Source of the DNA: Euryarchaeota archaeon UBA439
GTDB lineage: Archaea > Thermoplasmatota > Poseidoniia > Poseidoniales > Thalassarchaeaceae
Direction of reading: 5' to 3'
Assembly (NCBI GenBank): GCA_002497245.1
Contig: DANB01000011.1
Coordinates: 60,612-124,611 of the forward strand
DNA: 64,000 nt
A model generated the notes under the pieces. It ran no database searches, had not been told where the DNA came from, and saw nothing but the letters and a program-made list of their open reading frames with translations. The translations under genes and the position numbers were made by a program. Of this stretch, positions 48,897 to 58,917 are shown piece by piece. Within the stretch, counting starts at the first letter, position 1. Each line of letters opens with the position of its first letter.

Positions 48897-51128
48897 TCAA
48901 GCGGATTCAATCCCTGAATGGATCTCCGAACTACGTCGAACTGATTCAAGTCCACTAGTTAATCTTGCTTCCATTCTATTGTAATAATCCATCATTTCAT
49001 CATTAATCGTAGGACGGACTCTATTTATTGCCTCTTCAAAATGCTTTTTAGATACACTTTTTTTCTCAGCCCTCATTGAAATTAAAGCAGCTTCTCTACA
49101 TATAGCTTCAATATCTGCACCTGTGTAATTAACTAACTGTGGAGCTAAGTCTTCGATATTGAATTTTCCAAGAGGCATCGGTTCTGAATGAATTTTCAAA
49201 ATTGCCTTAATTGAATCAACATCAGGAGGAGGAATGTGGAGTACTCTTTCGAATCTTCCACTTCTTAGTAATGCGGGATCTATCATTTCTGGACGATTAG
49301 TCGCTGCAACTACAATTACTCCTTCCATTGATTCAACACCATCCATTGAACTTAGTAATTGATTAACTACTCTATTCATCACATCCGAACCTTCACCGGT
49401 ATTACTTCTCCTGACTCCAGCAATGCTCTCAAACTCATCTAAGAAAATTATAGAAGGGCTAGATTGCTTAGCTTTCTTGAATAATTCTCTGACAGCTTTC
49501 TCTGAATCACCTACCCATTTAGAAATTAATTCAGGTCCTTTTATTGTAATGAAATTCGCTTTGGCTTCATTTGCAATTGCCTTAGCAATGAGTGTCTTAC
49601 CAGTACCTGGTGCTCCAAACAGAACTATTCCTCGTGGGGGATTTATACCAAAATGGTCAAACATCTCAGGTCTTGTAAGAGGCCATTCAATACTTTCCTT
49701 CAGTCTTTCCTTGACTTCTTTTAATCCTCCTACTTGATCCCAACTTACTTCGGGGACTTCAAGATATATTTCTCTTAGAGCGCTTGGTTCAATTTCCTTA
49801 ATTGCTAATTTGAAATCTGCCATTCTGACTTCCATCTTTTCAAGTACTTCAGCTGGAATCTGTTCTTCGTCTAAATCAATCTCTGGTAAATATCTTCTAA
49901 GAGCTTTCATTGCAGCTTCTCTAACAAGGGCTGAAATATCTGCTCCTACAAATCCATGAGTATTATCCAATAACCATTCAATTTCAAAATCGTCACTAAT
50001 TGGCATCCCACGGGTATGGATTCCAATAATTTCTGAACGGCCATGCTTATCTGGAACCCCTATCTCTAATTCTCGATCAAATCTCCCTCCGCGACGAAGA
50101 GCTGGATCGATTGCATCAGGACGATTAGTTGCACCAATTACTATGACATTGTCCCTACCTTGCATACCGTCAAGTAAGGTCAATAATTGAGCAACGACTC
50201 TTCTTTCTACTTCACCACTAACATCTTCCCTCTTAGGAGCAATAGAATCTAATTCATCAATGAAAATTATTGCTGGAGAATTAGCAGCTGCTTCATCAAA
50301 TATTTCACGTAATTGTTTTTCACTCTCTCCATAATATTTCGAAATTATCTCGGGTCCGTTTATTGAAGTGAAATTGGCTTTGGTTTCTGATGCAACAGCC
50401 TTCGCAATCAATGTTTTGCCAGTTCCTGGAGGGCCATGTAAAAGAACTCCTCTAGGAGGATCAATTCCCAATCTTCGGAAGAGAATAGGATGCTTCAATG
50501 GAAGTTCGATCATTTCTCTAACTTTCTGAAGTTGCTCACCTATTCCTCCTATATCCTCATATGAAATTGTTGAAATTGGCTGGCCTGATTCATCTTCTTC
50601 ATCAACGGGCTCTTCTTTGATTACTATTTCAGTGTCTGGAAGTACTTGGACTATCCCCTTGGGAGTTGTTTTGACTATCTGAAACGGTAAAGCCTCTGCA
50701 AAAAGAGTCATTCCAGGTATGAATATCCTGTCTCCAGAAACTACCGGTCTCTTATTCAGACCTCTGCGGGCAAAACCCTCAATTCCTGGTCCAAAACGTA
50801 CTTTCTGTTGCTTAGCCATTACAGGACTAAGGATTAATTTCTGACAAGGCTGTGTCTCAACTTTACGAATTGAAACTTTGTCTCCAAGAGAAACACCTGC
50901 ATTTTTCCTAATAATTCCATCTACTCTGATAATACCAAGATTGGCATCTTCAGGACGACACCGCCAAACAATAGCGGCAGTTTTTTGTTCTCCAGTAATC
51001 TCAACAATATCTCCTGGTTTCAGATTCAAATCATTATCAAAAGGTACTCTAGCACGGCCATGCCCTACATCGCTTGGTATCGCCTTTGCTACTCTAAGTT
51101 GTAAGTCATCTACTTCCTCATTTGACAT
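48897..51128 (-). CDS. cdc48: Cdc48/VCP-like AAA+ ATPase (two AAA domains)
   Basis: N-domain, then D1 ([12 protein letters not shown]) and D2 ([12 protein letters not shown]) Walker motifs with second-region-of-homology arginines. Confidence 0.9.
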   Translation of the reverse strand: MSNEEVDDLQLRVAKAIPSDVGHGRARVPFDNDLNLKPGDIVEITGEQKTAAIVWRCRPEDANLGIIRVDGIIRKNAGVSLGDKVSIRKVETQPCQKLILSPVMAKQQKVRFGPGIEGFARRGLNKRPVVSGDRIFIPGMTLFAEALPFQIVKTTPKGIVQVLPDTEIVIKEEPVDEEDESGQPISTISYEDIGGIGEQLQKVREMIELPLKHPILFRRLGIDPPRGVLLHGPPGTGKTLIAKAVASETKANFTSINGPEIISKYYGESEKQLREIFDEAAANSPAIIFIDELDSIAPKREDVSGEVERRVVAQLLTLLDGMQGRDNVIVIGATNRPDAIDPALRRGGRFDRELEIGVPDKHGRSEIIGIHTRGMPISDDFEIEWLLDNTHGFVGADISALVREAAMKALRRYLPEIDLDEEQIPAEVLEKMEVRMADFKLAIKEIEPSALREIYLEVPEVSWDQVGGLKEVKERLKESIEWPLTRPEMFDHFGINPPRGIVLFGAPGTGKTLIAKAIANEAKANFITIKGPELISKWVGDSEKAVRELFKKAKQSSPSIIFLDEFESIAGVRRSNTGEGSDVMNRVVNQLLSSMDGVESMEGVIVVAATNRPEMIDPALLRSGRFERVLHIPPPDVDSIKAILKIHSEPMPLGKFNIEDLAPQLVNYTGADIEAICREAALISMRAEKKSVSKKHFEEAINRVRPTINDEMMDYYNRMEARLTSGLESVRRSSEIHSGIESA

Positions 51129-51229
51129 TCCACATACCTCTGAACAATCCCTTGTAGTAATCGGGGGTAGTTAAACCTGTGAACTTGAAGATGTCAAATG
51201 AATAATGGATAAAATCACCATAATCCTTC

Positions 51230-52897
51230 TTGAGAAGGTTTCTTCATAGAGTTATATTTCGCAGGTACATGACCAATGTACTCGAAACAGGATTTGAATT
51301 TATGGAAGCCAATAATCCCAATGGTAGTCCGAAGATTAAGGGATACAATATAATTAATGGTGAATTGAAATTATCAAGTGGTGGAGAAACTTTTGATAGT
51401 CTAAATCCAGCACTACTCTCTGACTGTCTTGGAGAGTTCCCACTTTCAAATAAAGAAGACGTACATGAAGCACTAGAAGCTGCAAGAAATGCATTCCCTT
51501 CATGGGCTGCAACACCGGCACCGACTAGAGGACAAATTATAGGAAATATGGGAAGATTGCTGATGCAATACAAAGATGATATTGTAAGAGTTGAAACAAG
51601 AGAGATTGGAAAGACATTGAAAGAAAGTGGAGGAGAAGTTCAGGAAGCAATTGACACCTGTCTATTTTTCCAATCTGAGGGGCGTAGATTATATGGTCAA
51701 ACAGTTAATTCAGAATTACCAGATAAGGAGCTTTTTACTTACAGACGGCCTTTAGGAGTCTGCGGAATAATAAATGCATGTAATTTCCCCTCAGCAGTTC
51801 CTTTTTGGAAAATGATTCCAGCAATAATGTGTGGAAATACATGTGTTTGGAAAAGTCCTCAGGACTCTCCATTATTGTCTTTCATGCTAACTAGAATTAT
51901 GCATGAAGCAGGACTACCAAATGGTGTCATAAACTTGATTCATGGAAAAGGAAGTGGAGCAGGACAACATCTTGTTGATGCTGTAGATCAGGGGTTAGTC
52001 AATAAGATCAGTTTTACTGGTTCTACGTCAGTAGGAAAAATGATTGGAGAAGTTTGTGGTAGAAACTTAGTATCAGCGAGTCTAGAATTAGGTGGTAAAA
52101 ATCCATTAGTTATTATGCCAAGTGCAAATATGGAGAATGCTGTTGAAGGAGCATATTGGGCAGGATTTGGAACAGCGGGTCAACGATGCACCAGCCTCGG
52201 TAATTTGATAATTCATGAAGATATTTATGATGATTTCATTGAAAAATTAATGGAAAAAGTGAGAGCAACAACAATTGGAGATTCGATGGTTCACGACAAT
52301 GTATTGTATGGCCCAATGTTATCTGAAAAATATGCAAATGATTTCATGAGAGATTTAGAATTATGTGAAAAAAGTGGAGCGCGAAAATTATGGGGTAATG
52401 GGAGAATAACCTCCGATAATAGGCCAGAGAATTTCCTTGGCAATCCTGAAGAAGGAGTTTACATGTGGCCACATGTTTATGCAGATGTGACCGAAGAAAT
52501 GGAATGTTTCCATGAAGAAATATTTGGCCCGGTAATCACAATTGTTAAGGCTAAAGATTTCGAACACGCATTACATCTTGCAAATGCATCGCCATATGGA
52601 TTATCAAGTGCAATTTATACCAATGATAGACTGGAGGCATATAGGTACAAATCAGGAATTAAAGCAGGAATGACTGGAATAAATAATTCAACAACTGGTG
52701 CTGAAGCTCATCTTCCTTTTGGTGGAGTAAAAGGTAGCGGTAATGGAACTCGAGAATCTGGAATATGGGTTATTGAATCATATTCATATTGGCATGCAGT
52801 AAATGACGAATTATCAGGTAAGTTGCAACTTGCTCAAATGGATGTAGACGAAATTGAATTGATTGAAGAAGAAGTTGATTATTCTTCTTTGGCATGA
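51230..52897 (+). CDS. NAD(P)-dependent aldehyde dehydrogenase
   Basis: ALDH motifs FTGSTSVG, ELGGKN and GQRCTS. The true start is possibly an internal Met near 51269. Confidence 0.85.
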   Translation: MRRFLHRVIFRRYMTNVLETGFEFMEANNPNGSPKIKGYNIINGELKLSSGGETFDSLNPALLSDCLGEFPLSNKEDVHEALEAARNAFPSWAATPAPTRGQIIGNMGRLLMQYKDDIVRVETREIGKTLKESGGEVQEAIDTCLFFQSEGRRLYGQTVNSELPDKELFTYRRPLGVCGIINACNFPSAVPFWKMIPAIMCGNTCVWKSPQDSPLLSFMLTRIMHEAGLPNGVINLIHGKGSGAGQHLVDAVDQGLVNKISFTGSTSVGKMIGEVCGRNLVSASLELGGKNPLVIMPSANMENAVEGAYWAGFGTAGQRCTSLGNLIIHEDIYDDFIEKLMEKVRATTIGDSMVHDNVLYGPMLSEKYANDFMRDLELCEKSGARKLWGNGRITSDNRPENFLGNPEEGVYMWPHVYADVTEEMECFHEEIFGPVITIVKAKDFEHALHLANASPYGLSSAIYTNDRLEAYRYKSGIKAGMTGINNSTTGAEAHLPFGGVKGSGNGTRESGIWVIESYSYWHAVNDELSGKLQLAQMDVDEIELIEEEVDYSSLA

Positions 52898-52901
52898 TTT
52901 T

Positions 52902-53015
52902 TCATGGAAACATTATTTCTCCACATTCAGGGCAACGAAGTGTAGGAAGCCAAGCTCCGGGCATATAACCACAATTAGGACAAATGGATGATGTGATATC
53001 ACTGAAATCGTCCAT
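52902..53015 (-). CDS. Possible small zinc-ribbon protein (37 aa)
   Basis: Two CxxC pairs (CPNCG ... CPECG). Start taken at the internal Met. Very short, so weak support. Confidence 0.2.
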   Translation of the reverse strand: MDDFSDITSSICPNCGYMPGAWLPTLRCPECGEIMFP

Positions 53016-53134
53016 TTTAATCAAACATTGGAAAAACCAAGCCCACATTAATATTCCGCTAGAGATGAATGATTGAGTAAGGGGAAAAAGCAATCACTTA
53101 TTGCCCATCTTTGATTCGCGAGTAGTGCTGGTGC

Positions 53135-53947
53135 TTGCACCAGTTGGTGAGTTCTTTGTCTGATTCGATTAAACTACCCCTAAAAAAGGGGTTTGGAAAA
53201 ACAGATAGGATTGATAGATGGTGGACTAAGCCATTTTGGATGGGTTTTGGATTAACTCTAGCTTTGATTTATACATCATTAAGGGTTTTAATCTGGGATG
53301 GAGCAATTCACTATGATGATCACAGAGTAACTTCACCAATTTTTTCACCAGATGTAATACATTTGTTTCATTTAGAAACACCTAATTGGATGAATTCTGC
53401 TTTGCTAATTTTATGGATACCATTTGGATTTAGAGGAACTTGTTACTACATGCGTAAAGTCTACCATAGAGTATTTTTTCAGAATCCTACAGCCTGTGTT
53501 GTTGCAAAGCCTGAAGTTAATTATCGACTAGGATACAAAGGAGAGACTGGACTATTTGTGCTAAATAATATTCATAGATATATGTTGTATCTGGCAATAA
53601 TTATTCTTTCAATGAAAGTTTACGATGTATATCATACAATGTGGTTTAACCATGGAACTGAATTTGGAATATCCGTAGGAACCTTAGTTTTGGCGACTGA
53701 ATCATTTCTTCTATTCATGTATGTTGCCTCTTGTCATGCATTCAGACATCTCTTTGGAGGAGGAATGAATCGATGGAGGGGTGGAATCTCAGGAATAATG
53801 GGTAAATTATACATCAAAATTAGTAATTTGAACATTGAACATGCATTCTGGTTTTGGACTAGTTTAGTGATGGTTTTTCTTGGAGATTTATTTGTTTGGG
53901 CTGTCTCAGAAGGCAGAATTGAGGACCACTATTGGATTATAATGTGA
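53135..53947 (+). CDS. Integral membrane protein, putative succinate dehydrogenase membrane anchor / cytochrome b subunit
   Basis: About 5 TM helices with several conserved-looking His. Ends 9 nt before sdhA on the same strand. The assignment is positional rather than from motifs. Confidence 0.4.
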   Translation: MHQLVSSLSDSIKLPLKKGFGKTDRIDRWWTKPFWMGFGLTLALIYTSLRVLIWDGAIHYDDHRVTSPIFSPDVIHLFHLETPNWMNSALLILWIPFGFRGTCYYMRKVYHRVFFQNPTACVVAKPEVNYRLGYKGETGLFVLNNIHRYMLYLAIIILSMKVYDVYHTMWFNHGTEFGISVGTLVLATESFLLFMYVASCHAFRHLFGGGMNRWRGGISGIMGKLYIKISNLNIEHAFWFWTSLVMVFLGDLFVWAVSEGRIEDHYWIIM

Positions 53948-53956
53948 GGTGATATA

Positions 53957-55783
53957 ATGAGTGAGAATTACATTATTCATGAACATGATGTCGTAATAAT
54001 TGGAGCTGGTGGCGCTGGTTTGAGAGCAGCAATAGAAGCTAGTAATTCAGGCGTTAGTGTCGCAATGATATGTAAATCAATGCTAGGAAAAGCGCATACT
54101 GTAATGGCTGAAGGAGGTGCTGCAGCCGCATTAGGTAACAAAGATCCTCGTGATAATTGGCAGACTCATTTTCGAGATACAATGAAAGGTGGAAAATATC
54201 TAAATGACTGGAGAATGGCAAAAATTCATGCTCAACAAGCACCGGACAGGATTAGAGAATTGGAAACTTGGGGTGCAGTTTTTGATAGAACTTCGAAGGG
54301 GCTAACAAATCAGAGAAACTTTGGCGGACATACCTATCCTAGGCTGGCACATATCGGAGACGCAACTGGTTTGGAATTAATCAGAACTCTGCAAGAGAAA
54401 GGAGTCCATATGGGTATGGAGATATTTATGGAATTCACTGTCCGTAAACTGTTCAAAACAGATGGGAAAATATCTGGTTGTTTTGCCTATGATAGAAATG
54501 ATGGTTCATTACATGTTTTCAAAGCAAAAACCATCGTAATGGCGACTGGAGGTGCCACAAGATGTTGGGCTGTTTGCTCCGGTTCATGGGAGTATACTGG
54601 AGAGGGTTATGCACTGGCCTACTGGGCTGGTGCTGAAATGGGAGATATGGAATTCATTCAATTCCATCCTACAGGAATGATTTGGCCTCCATCAGTAAAA
54701 GGAATTTTAGTCACAGAAGGTGTTCGAGGAGAGGGAGGTATGCTGACTAATTCTGAAGGGAAGAGATTCATGTTCGATTATGTTCCTGAGATGTATAAAG
54801 ATGAATTTGCCGATACTGAAGAAGAAGCATTAGAATGGGTCTCTGAAATTGTAGAAGGAAAATTAGCAACTGTTCGTAGACCACCTGAATTATTGACAAG
54901 GGATGTTGTTGCAAAAGCAATTAATTCCGAAAGAGACGCTGGTAGAGCTAGTGCTCATGGAGGTGCATATCTAGATATTTCTTGGAGAGAACCTGAACAA
55001 GTAAGAAAGAAACTGCCAGGGATGTATCATCAGTTCAAGGAATTAGCTGCAGTTGATATTACTACTGAAAAAATGGAAGTTGGACCTACAGCCCACTATG
55101 TAATGGGAGGAATAAAAGTGCACCCAGAAACTCAGGAAACTACGGTTCCTAGAATGTTTGCAGCTGGAGAAGCTGCTACGGGGCTACACGGTGCAAATAG
55201 ACTTGGAGGGAATTCACTCTCAGACCTTATCGTATTTGGAAAAATAGCTGGAGAAAACGCTGCATTGGTCGCTAAAGAGATTGAGGAATTTCTCCCTATA
55301 GATTCTACTGAAATTAAAAATATAATTGAAGAAACATTAGCACCATTAAATAGAACTGATGGAGAAAATCCAGCAAAAGTAGTAGAAGATTTAAGAGAAA
55401 TGATGCAGTATAAAGTAGGAATAATTAGGACTGAGAAATTATTAAAAGAGGCATTAAAAGATTTAGATGACCTAGAAAAACGTGCTGAAAATACATCTAC
55501 AGGAAATAGTCGAATTTACAATCCAGGTTGGCATCAAGCACTAGAAATTGGAGCTATGATTGATGTTAGTAGAATGTGCACACTAGCCGCTCTGCATAGA
55601 GAAGAGTCTAGAGGAGGTCATACTAGGGATGATTTTCCAACGCCTGATTACAAATACTGGGGCAAAATAAATAGTGTTATAACGAAGAAAGATGAAATGA
55701 CAATCGAGCATCGAAGATACCCACCAATAGACGAGGAATTGAAGAAATTACTAGATGTTGAAGACTTACATGAGGAGGAGTGA
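53957..55783 (+). CDS. sdhA: Succinate dehydrogenase / fumarate reductase flavoprotein subunit
   Basis: N-terminal FAD-binding motif DVVIIGAGGAGLRAA, the catalytic HPTG motif, and 608 aa typical length. Confidence 0.9.
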   Translation: MSENYIIHEHDVVIIGAGGAGLRAAIEASNSGVSVAMICKSMLGKAHTVMAEGGAAAALGNKDPRDNWQTHFRDTMKGGKYLNDWRMAKIHAQQAPDRIRELETWGAVFDRTSKGLTNQRNFGGHTYPRLAHIGDATGLELIRTLQEKGVHMGMEIFMEFTVRKLFKTDGKISGCFAYDRNDGSLHVFKAKTIVMATGGATRCWAVCSGSWEYTGEGYALAYWAGAEMGDMEFIQFHPTGMIWPPSVKGILVTEGVRGEGGMLTNSEGKRFMFDYVPEMYKDEFADTEEEALEWVSEIVEGKLATVRRPPELLTRDVVAKAINSERDAGRASAHGGAYLDISWREPEQVRKKLPGMYHQFKELAAVDITTEKMEVGPTAHYVMGGIKVHPETQETTVPRMFAAGEAATGLHGANRLGGNSLSDLIVFGKIAGENAALVAKEIEEFLPIDSTEIKNIIEETLAPLNRTDGENPAKVVEDLREMMQYKVGIIRTEKLLKEALKDLDDLEKRAENTSTGNSRIYNPGWHQALEIGAMIDVSRMCTLAALHREESRGGHTRDDFPTPDYKYWGKINSVITKKDEMTIEHRRYPPIDEELKKLLDVEDLHEEE

Positions 55784-55784
55784 A

Positions 55785-56546
55785 ATGGCTGAAGATGTAA
55801 CATTCAAAATTTTCAGAGGAGAACCTGATGAAGATGGAGACCCATTTGGGGAAATGGTAGATTATACTGTTGAAATGGATGAAGGAATGGTAGTTCTTGA
55901 TGTAATTCATAGAATACAAGCTGAGCATGCTCCAGATCTATCTTGCAGATGGAATTGTAAAGCAGGTAAATGTGGCTCATGTTCTGCAGAAGTGAATGGA
56001 AAACCACGTCTTATGTGCATGACAAGAATGGAAGAAGTAATGGAAGAAACTCCAGATGGCGAACCGGTTCTTGTGAAACCAATGCAATCATTTCCATTAA
56101 CAAAAGATTTGGTTACTGATACATCATGGGCATATGAGATGAATAAGAAAATGGTCCCTGTGAACGGTCCTGATGAATTAGATTGGGAATTTAATCAGAA
56201 TGAAGCTAATCGGATCCAGGAGTTTAGGGGTTGTATTGAATGTATGTTATGTGTAAACACATGTCACGTACTCCGAGAACATCAAAAGTTCGATGAGTTC
56301 GCTGGACCAAGATTCTTTGTACGTTTAGCAGGATTAGAAATGCATCCGTTAGATGTTGAGAATAGAATTCCTCAAATTAAAGATGATTTTGGTATAGGCT
56401 ATTGTAATATTACTCGATGTTGTACTGAAGTATGTCCTGCAGGTATTAATATCACTGATAATGCAATAATACCTCTCAAAGAAAGAGTAGTTACAGAATA
56501 CTATGATCCAATTGCAATTATTGGACGTAAGTTGGGATTAAGATGA
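55785..56546 (+). CDS. sdhB: Succinate dehydrogenase iron-sulfur subunit
   Basis: 2Fe-2S (CRWNCKAGKCGSC), 4Fe-4S (CIECMLCVNTC) and a third cluster (CNITRCCTEVCP). GGAGG lies 5-13 nt upstream of the ATG. Confidence 0.85.
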   Translation: MAEDVTFKIFRGEPDEDGDPFGEMVDYTVEMDEGMVVLDVIHRIQAEHAPDLSCRWNCKAGKCGSCSAEVNGKPRLMCMTRMEEVMEETPDGEPVLVKPMQSFPLTKDLVTDTSWAYEMNKKMVPVNGPDELDWEFNQNEANRIQEFRGCIECMLCVNTCHVLREHQKFDEFAGPRFFVRLAGLEMHPLDVENRIPQIKDDFGIGYCNITRCCTEVCPAGINITDNAIIPLKERVVTEYYDPIAIIGRKLGLR

Positions 56547-56550
56547 TTTT

Positions 56551-56586
56551 AACCCTCTCCGAGTAAACCCGGAGAGGGGTTTTGTA
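56551..56586. terminator. GC-rich hairpin (9-bp stem CCCTCTCCG/CGGAGAGGG, 8-nt loop) flanked by T/A tracts; bidirectional terminator between convergent sdhB and MC1 genes
   Basis: Perfect stem 56553-56561 / 56570-56578, followed by GTTTTG on the + strand and preceded by TTTTAA. Confidence 0.55.
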
Positions 56587-56607
56587 ATTCCGAAAAAAAT
56601 AGATTAC

Positions 56608-56871
56608 TCATAATCGAGTAATTCCATTTTTCTTTACATTGGCCTTCTTGATTTTGTCTGGTAGCCAAGCAGGTCCATTAGCTGGCTTTGCAACAACCTC
56701 AGTCCAACCTTCAAAATTGTGAACACGGTTTGTTCCACGCTCACGCAGTTGGATATCGGTATGACCACGAGTAGCTGCCTTCAAGGCTGCTCCACGTGGC
56801 TGCTTGCTTACGAACACCTGAGTAGTGTCCTTTCCATTCTCCATCAATACGAAGTATTTTTTGTCTGACAT
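56608..56871 (-). CDS. Chromosomal protein MC1
   Basis: Strong match to MC1, including KQPRGAALKAA, LRERGT and NGPAWLPDKI. Start chosen at MSDKK. Confidence 0.7.
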   Translation of the reverse strand: MSDKKYFVLMENGKDTTQVFVSKQPRGAALKAATRGHTDIQLRERGTNRVHNFEGWTEVVAKPANGPAWLPDKIKKANVKKNGITRL

Positions 56872-56987
56872 AAAGCAATCCTCCATCACCTCGCCTGTCA
56901 AAATAGGATATGAAGGTATTGTATAAAAAACGCCATACTGCGCCACAATTGGGGTAAAACTGAAAAAACCAACAATAAAAAAATCAT

Positions 56988-57221
56988 CTACATTTCTGCG
57001 CAAGCAAGCGTTTTTGTGTTCAAAACTCCTGGAATTGCACGTATTGATTCTACAACTAATCTAGCTATATCTCCCATATTTTCTGCCTCTAATTTGACTA
57101 TTAAATCATGATCGCCAAAAAGAAGATTTGCATCGGTAACGAAAGATAATGACGATGCTGCATTAAACACGTCTACTTCGGAACCGGGTTCAACATTTAC
57201 TAGTACGTAACCCACTGACAT
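56988..57221 (-). CDS. Stand-alone Lrp/AsnC-type RAM (ligand-binding) domain protein
   Basis: About 77 aa beta-alpha-beta-beta-alpha-beta-like sequence (VGYVLVNVEPGSEVDV...DLIVKLEAENMGD...IPGVLNTKT). Confidence 0.5.
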   Translation of the reverse strand: MSVGYVLVNVEPGSEVDVFNAASSLSFVTDANLLFGDHDLIVKLEAENMGDIARLVVESIRAIPGVLNTKTLACAEM

Positions 57222-57320
57222 ATTCCAGCGGGAGACGTCTTCACGCATCAAATGTTCGCTTGAATACTCAGAATGATGAGAAGAAGCATACATATTGGAT
57301 GCCCTATCCTCATCATTAAT

Positions 57321-57962
57321 ATGGCAGAGGTCATTATAGTCCGAGAATGTAAATATGGACAGGTGAGAGTATGCTTTGGTAATGTCACTAGGGTGGAAGG
57401 AGACATAATGGTATTACCAGCCAATAATAGACTGGCAGGTAGAGAAGGATTAGATGAAGTAATGCAACTAGCCGCTGGACCTGAATTAAGAGCTGCTTGT
57501 ACTGAAATAGCAAAAGAAAAACGTAAGACAAATTCGCAACCTTGTGGAGTTGGAGAGGCTGTCACCACATCTGCCTACAATCTACCAGCTGAACATCTTG
57601 TACATGTTGTAGGTCCAGATTGTAGGAGACCTACTCAAGATCAATATAGAAGAGAGTTATTAAAAAAATCATATGATTCATTATTTGCAGAGGTAGAAAA
57701 TCTAAAACCTCGCGAAACTTTAGTTTTACCACCTTTGGGTATGGATGTGTTCGCTTATCCACATAGAGAAGGAGCGAGGATGACAATGGAGATTGTATTG
57801 GCTTGGATGGACGAAGGAGAAGATCCTGGCGTAGATATGGTATTAATTGTTACAAATGAACAGAGCTTTCTAAAGAATATGAAAACCGTATATCGTGAAA
57901 GTGAAGATCAATTTCCCGGAGTTGATAGGACAAGAGAATATAGGAAAGGAAAATTCGAATAA
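57321..57962 (+). CDS. Macro-domain protein (ADP-ribose / O-acetyl-ADP-ribose binding or hydrolysing)
   Basis: Macro motifs GDIMVLPANNRLAG, GVGEAVTTSAYNLPAEHLVHVVGP and LPPLGMDVFAYP. The Gly-rich loop is divergent (GREG instead of GGGV). Confidence 0.6.
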   Translation: MAEVIIVRECKYGQVRVCFGNVTRVEGDIMVLPANNRLAGREGLDEVMQLAAGPELRAACTEIAKEKRKTNSQPCGVGEAVTTSAYNLPAEHLVHVVGPDCRRPTQDQYRRELLKKSYDSLFAEVENLKPRETLVLPPLGMDVFAYPHREGARMTMEIVLAWMDEGEDPGVDMVLIVTNEQSFLKNMKTVYRESEDQFPGVDRTREYRKGKFE

Positions 57963-58057
57963 TTTTCTGAATGTCAATCAATATAAAACCTAAAAAACTG
58001 AGAAAAATAGCATTAATCATGCGATGTCCTCAATAACCTTGAGATTACGATAGTAGC

Positions 58058-58699
58058 ATGGGAATAGGAGGAGCATACGAGCGTGAGTTGCGTTCAGTAC
58101 TTGCAGGTGAAGAAAAAGGAGTTCGTGCGATTACGAGATCTTGTAACGAAATAGAACGAGCACAAGCTATGCAAATTTGCCAACGTCCATTCCTAGTTGT
58201 AAGAGCACCAGGAAGTGGGTCTGAAGGTACTGGTGACCTTCTAGCATTAAGAGGCGATATGTGTTTTCCAATAGAAGTAAAATCTTCAAAGAAGCCAAAA
58301 TTATACCTTTCTGGTAGAACTGTTTTACAATATAAGGCACTAGAAGAAATTGGGATTAGATGTTCAATACAACCATTCTATGCTTACAGATTAAAAGGAG
58401 TCAGAGGAGATAGTTGGAGAATATTTAGAGTTAAGACTGAGGGGCTTACGGGAAAACTAAGATTGCTTTCTAGAACAGTTCCTGAGTTGCCTTTGACTAG
58501 AAATGGAACTCCTTACTTGGATTGGGACAAAGGACTACCTTTACACAAATTTCTTTCATTAATCTCTAAGTCTGAAAATGCTAACAATATTCAAATAACT
58601 GCTTCAGAAGAAAATATTAGTCTTCCGATGAAAGAATCAATAATGGTTCAATATGAATCTTCTTCTGAGAGGACCGCATCAAGTCTATCGAATTCTTGA
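58058..58699 (+). CDS. hjc: Hjc-like Holliday-junction resolvase (PD-(D/E)xK nuclease) with ~35-aa internal insertion and ~75-aa C-terminal extension
   Basis: Hjc motifs GAYERELR, RAPGSGS, GDLLAL and IEVK in the correct order. At 213 aa it is well above the typical ~130-140 aa. Confidence 0.5.
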   Translation: MGIGGAYERELRSVLAGEEKGVRAITRSCNEIERAQAMQICQRPFLVVRAPGSGSEGTGDLLALRGDMCFPIEVKSSKKPKLYLSGRTVLQYKALEEIGIRCSIQPFYAYRLKGVRGDSWRIFRVKTEGLTGKLRLLSRTVPELPLTRNGTPYLDWDKGLPLHKFLSLISKSENANNIQITASEENISLPMKESIMVQYESSSERTASSLSNS

Positions 58700-58917
58700 A
58701 TCAGATTTTTAACTTCTTGAGTTAGATTTTCTAATCTAGCTTGATTTAACAAACGTTGGATACTATCTCTTTCTCTTCTGATGATATCAAGCTGACGTTT
58801 TTTACTCTTAATATCCTCTGAATCATGTTGAGCCATGCAATCCGGAGAGGCTTATCTTTGAAGTCATTTTTGCAATAAAGAACACAAGTTGAAGAATAGG
58901 AGCGAGGGCCATGTGTT

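Noticed and set aside
55772-55780. GAGGAGGAG upstream of sdhB as a separate regulatory feature
   Set aside because: Simply a Shine-Dalgarno-like ribosome-binding site within the sdhA 3' end. Noted under sdhB evidence rather than as a feature.
58648-58836. 62-aa charged coiled-coil ORF on the minus strand
   Set aside because: Overlaps the 3' end of the Hjc-like gene by ~50 nt and has no motif. It may be a real small protein but is not supportable from sequence alone.
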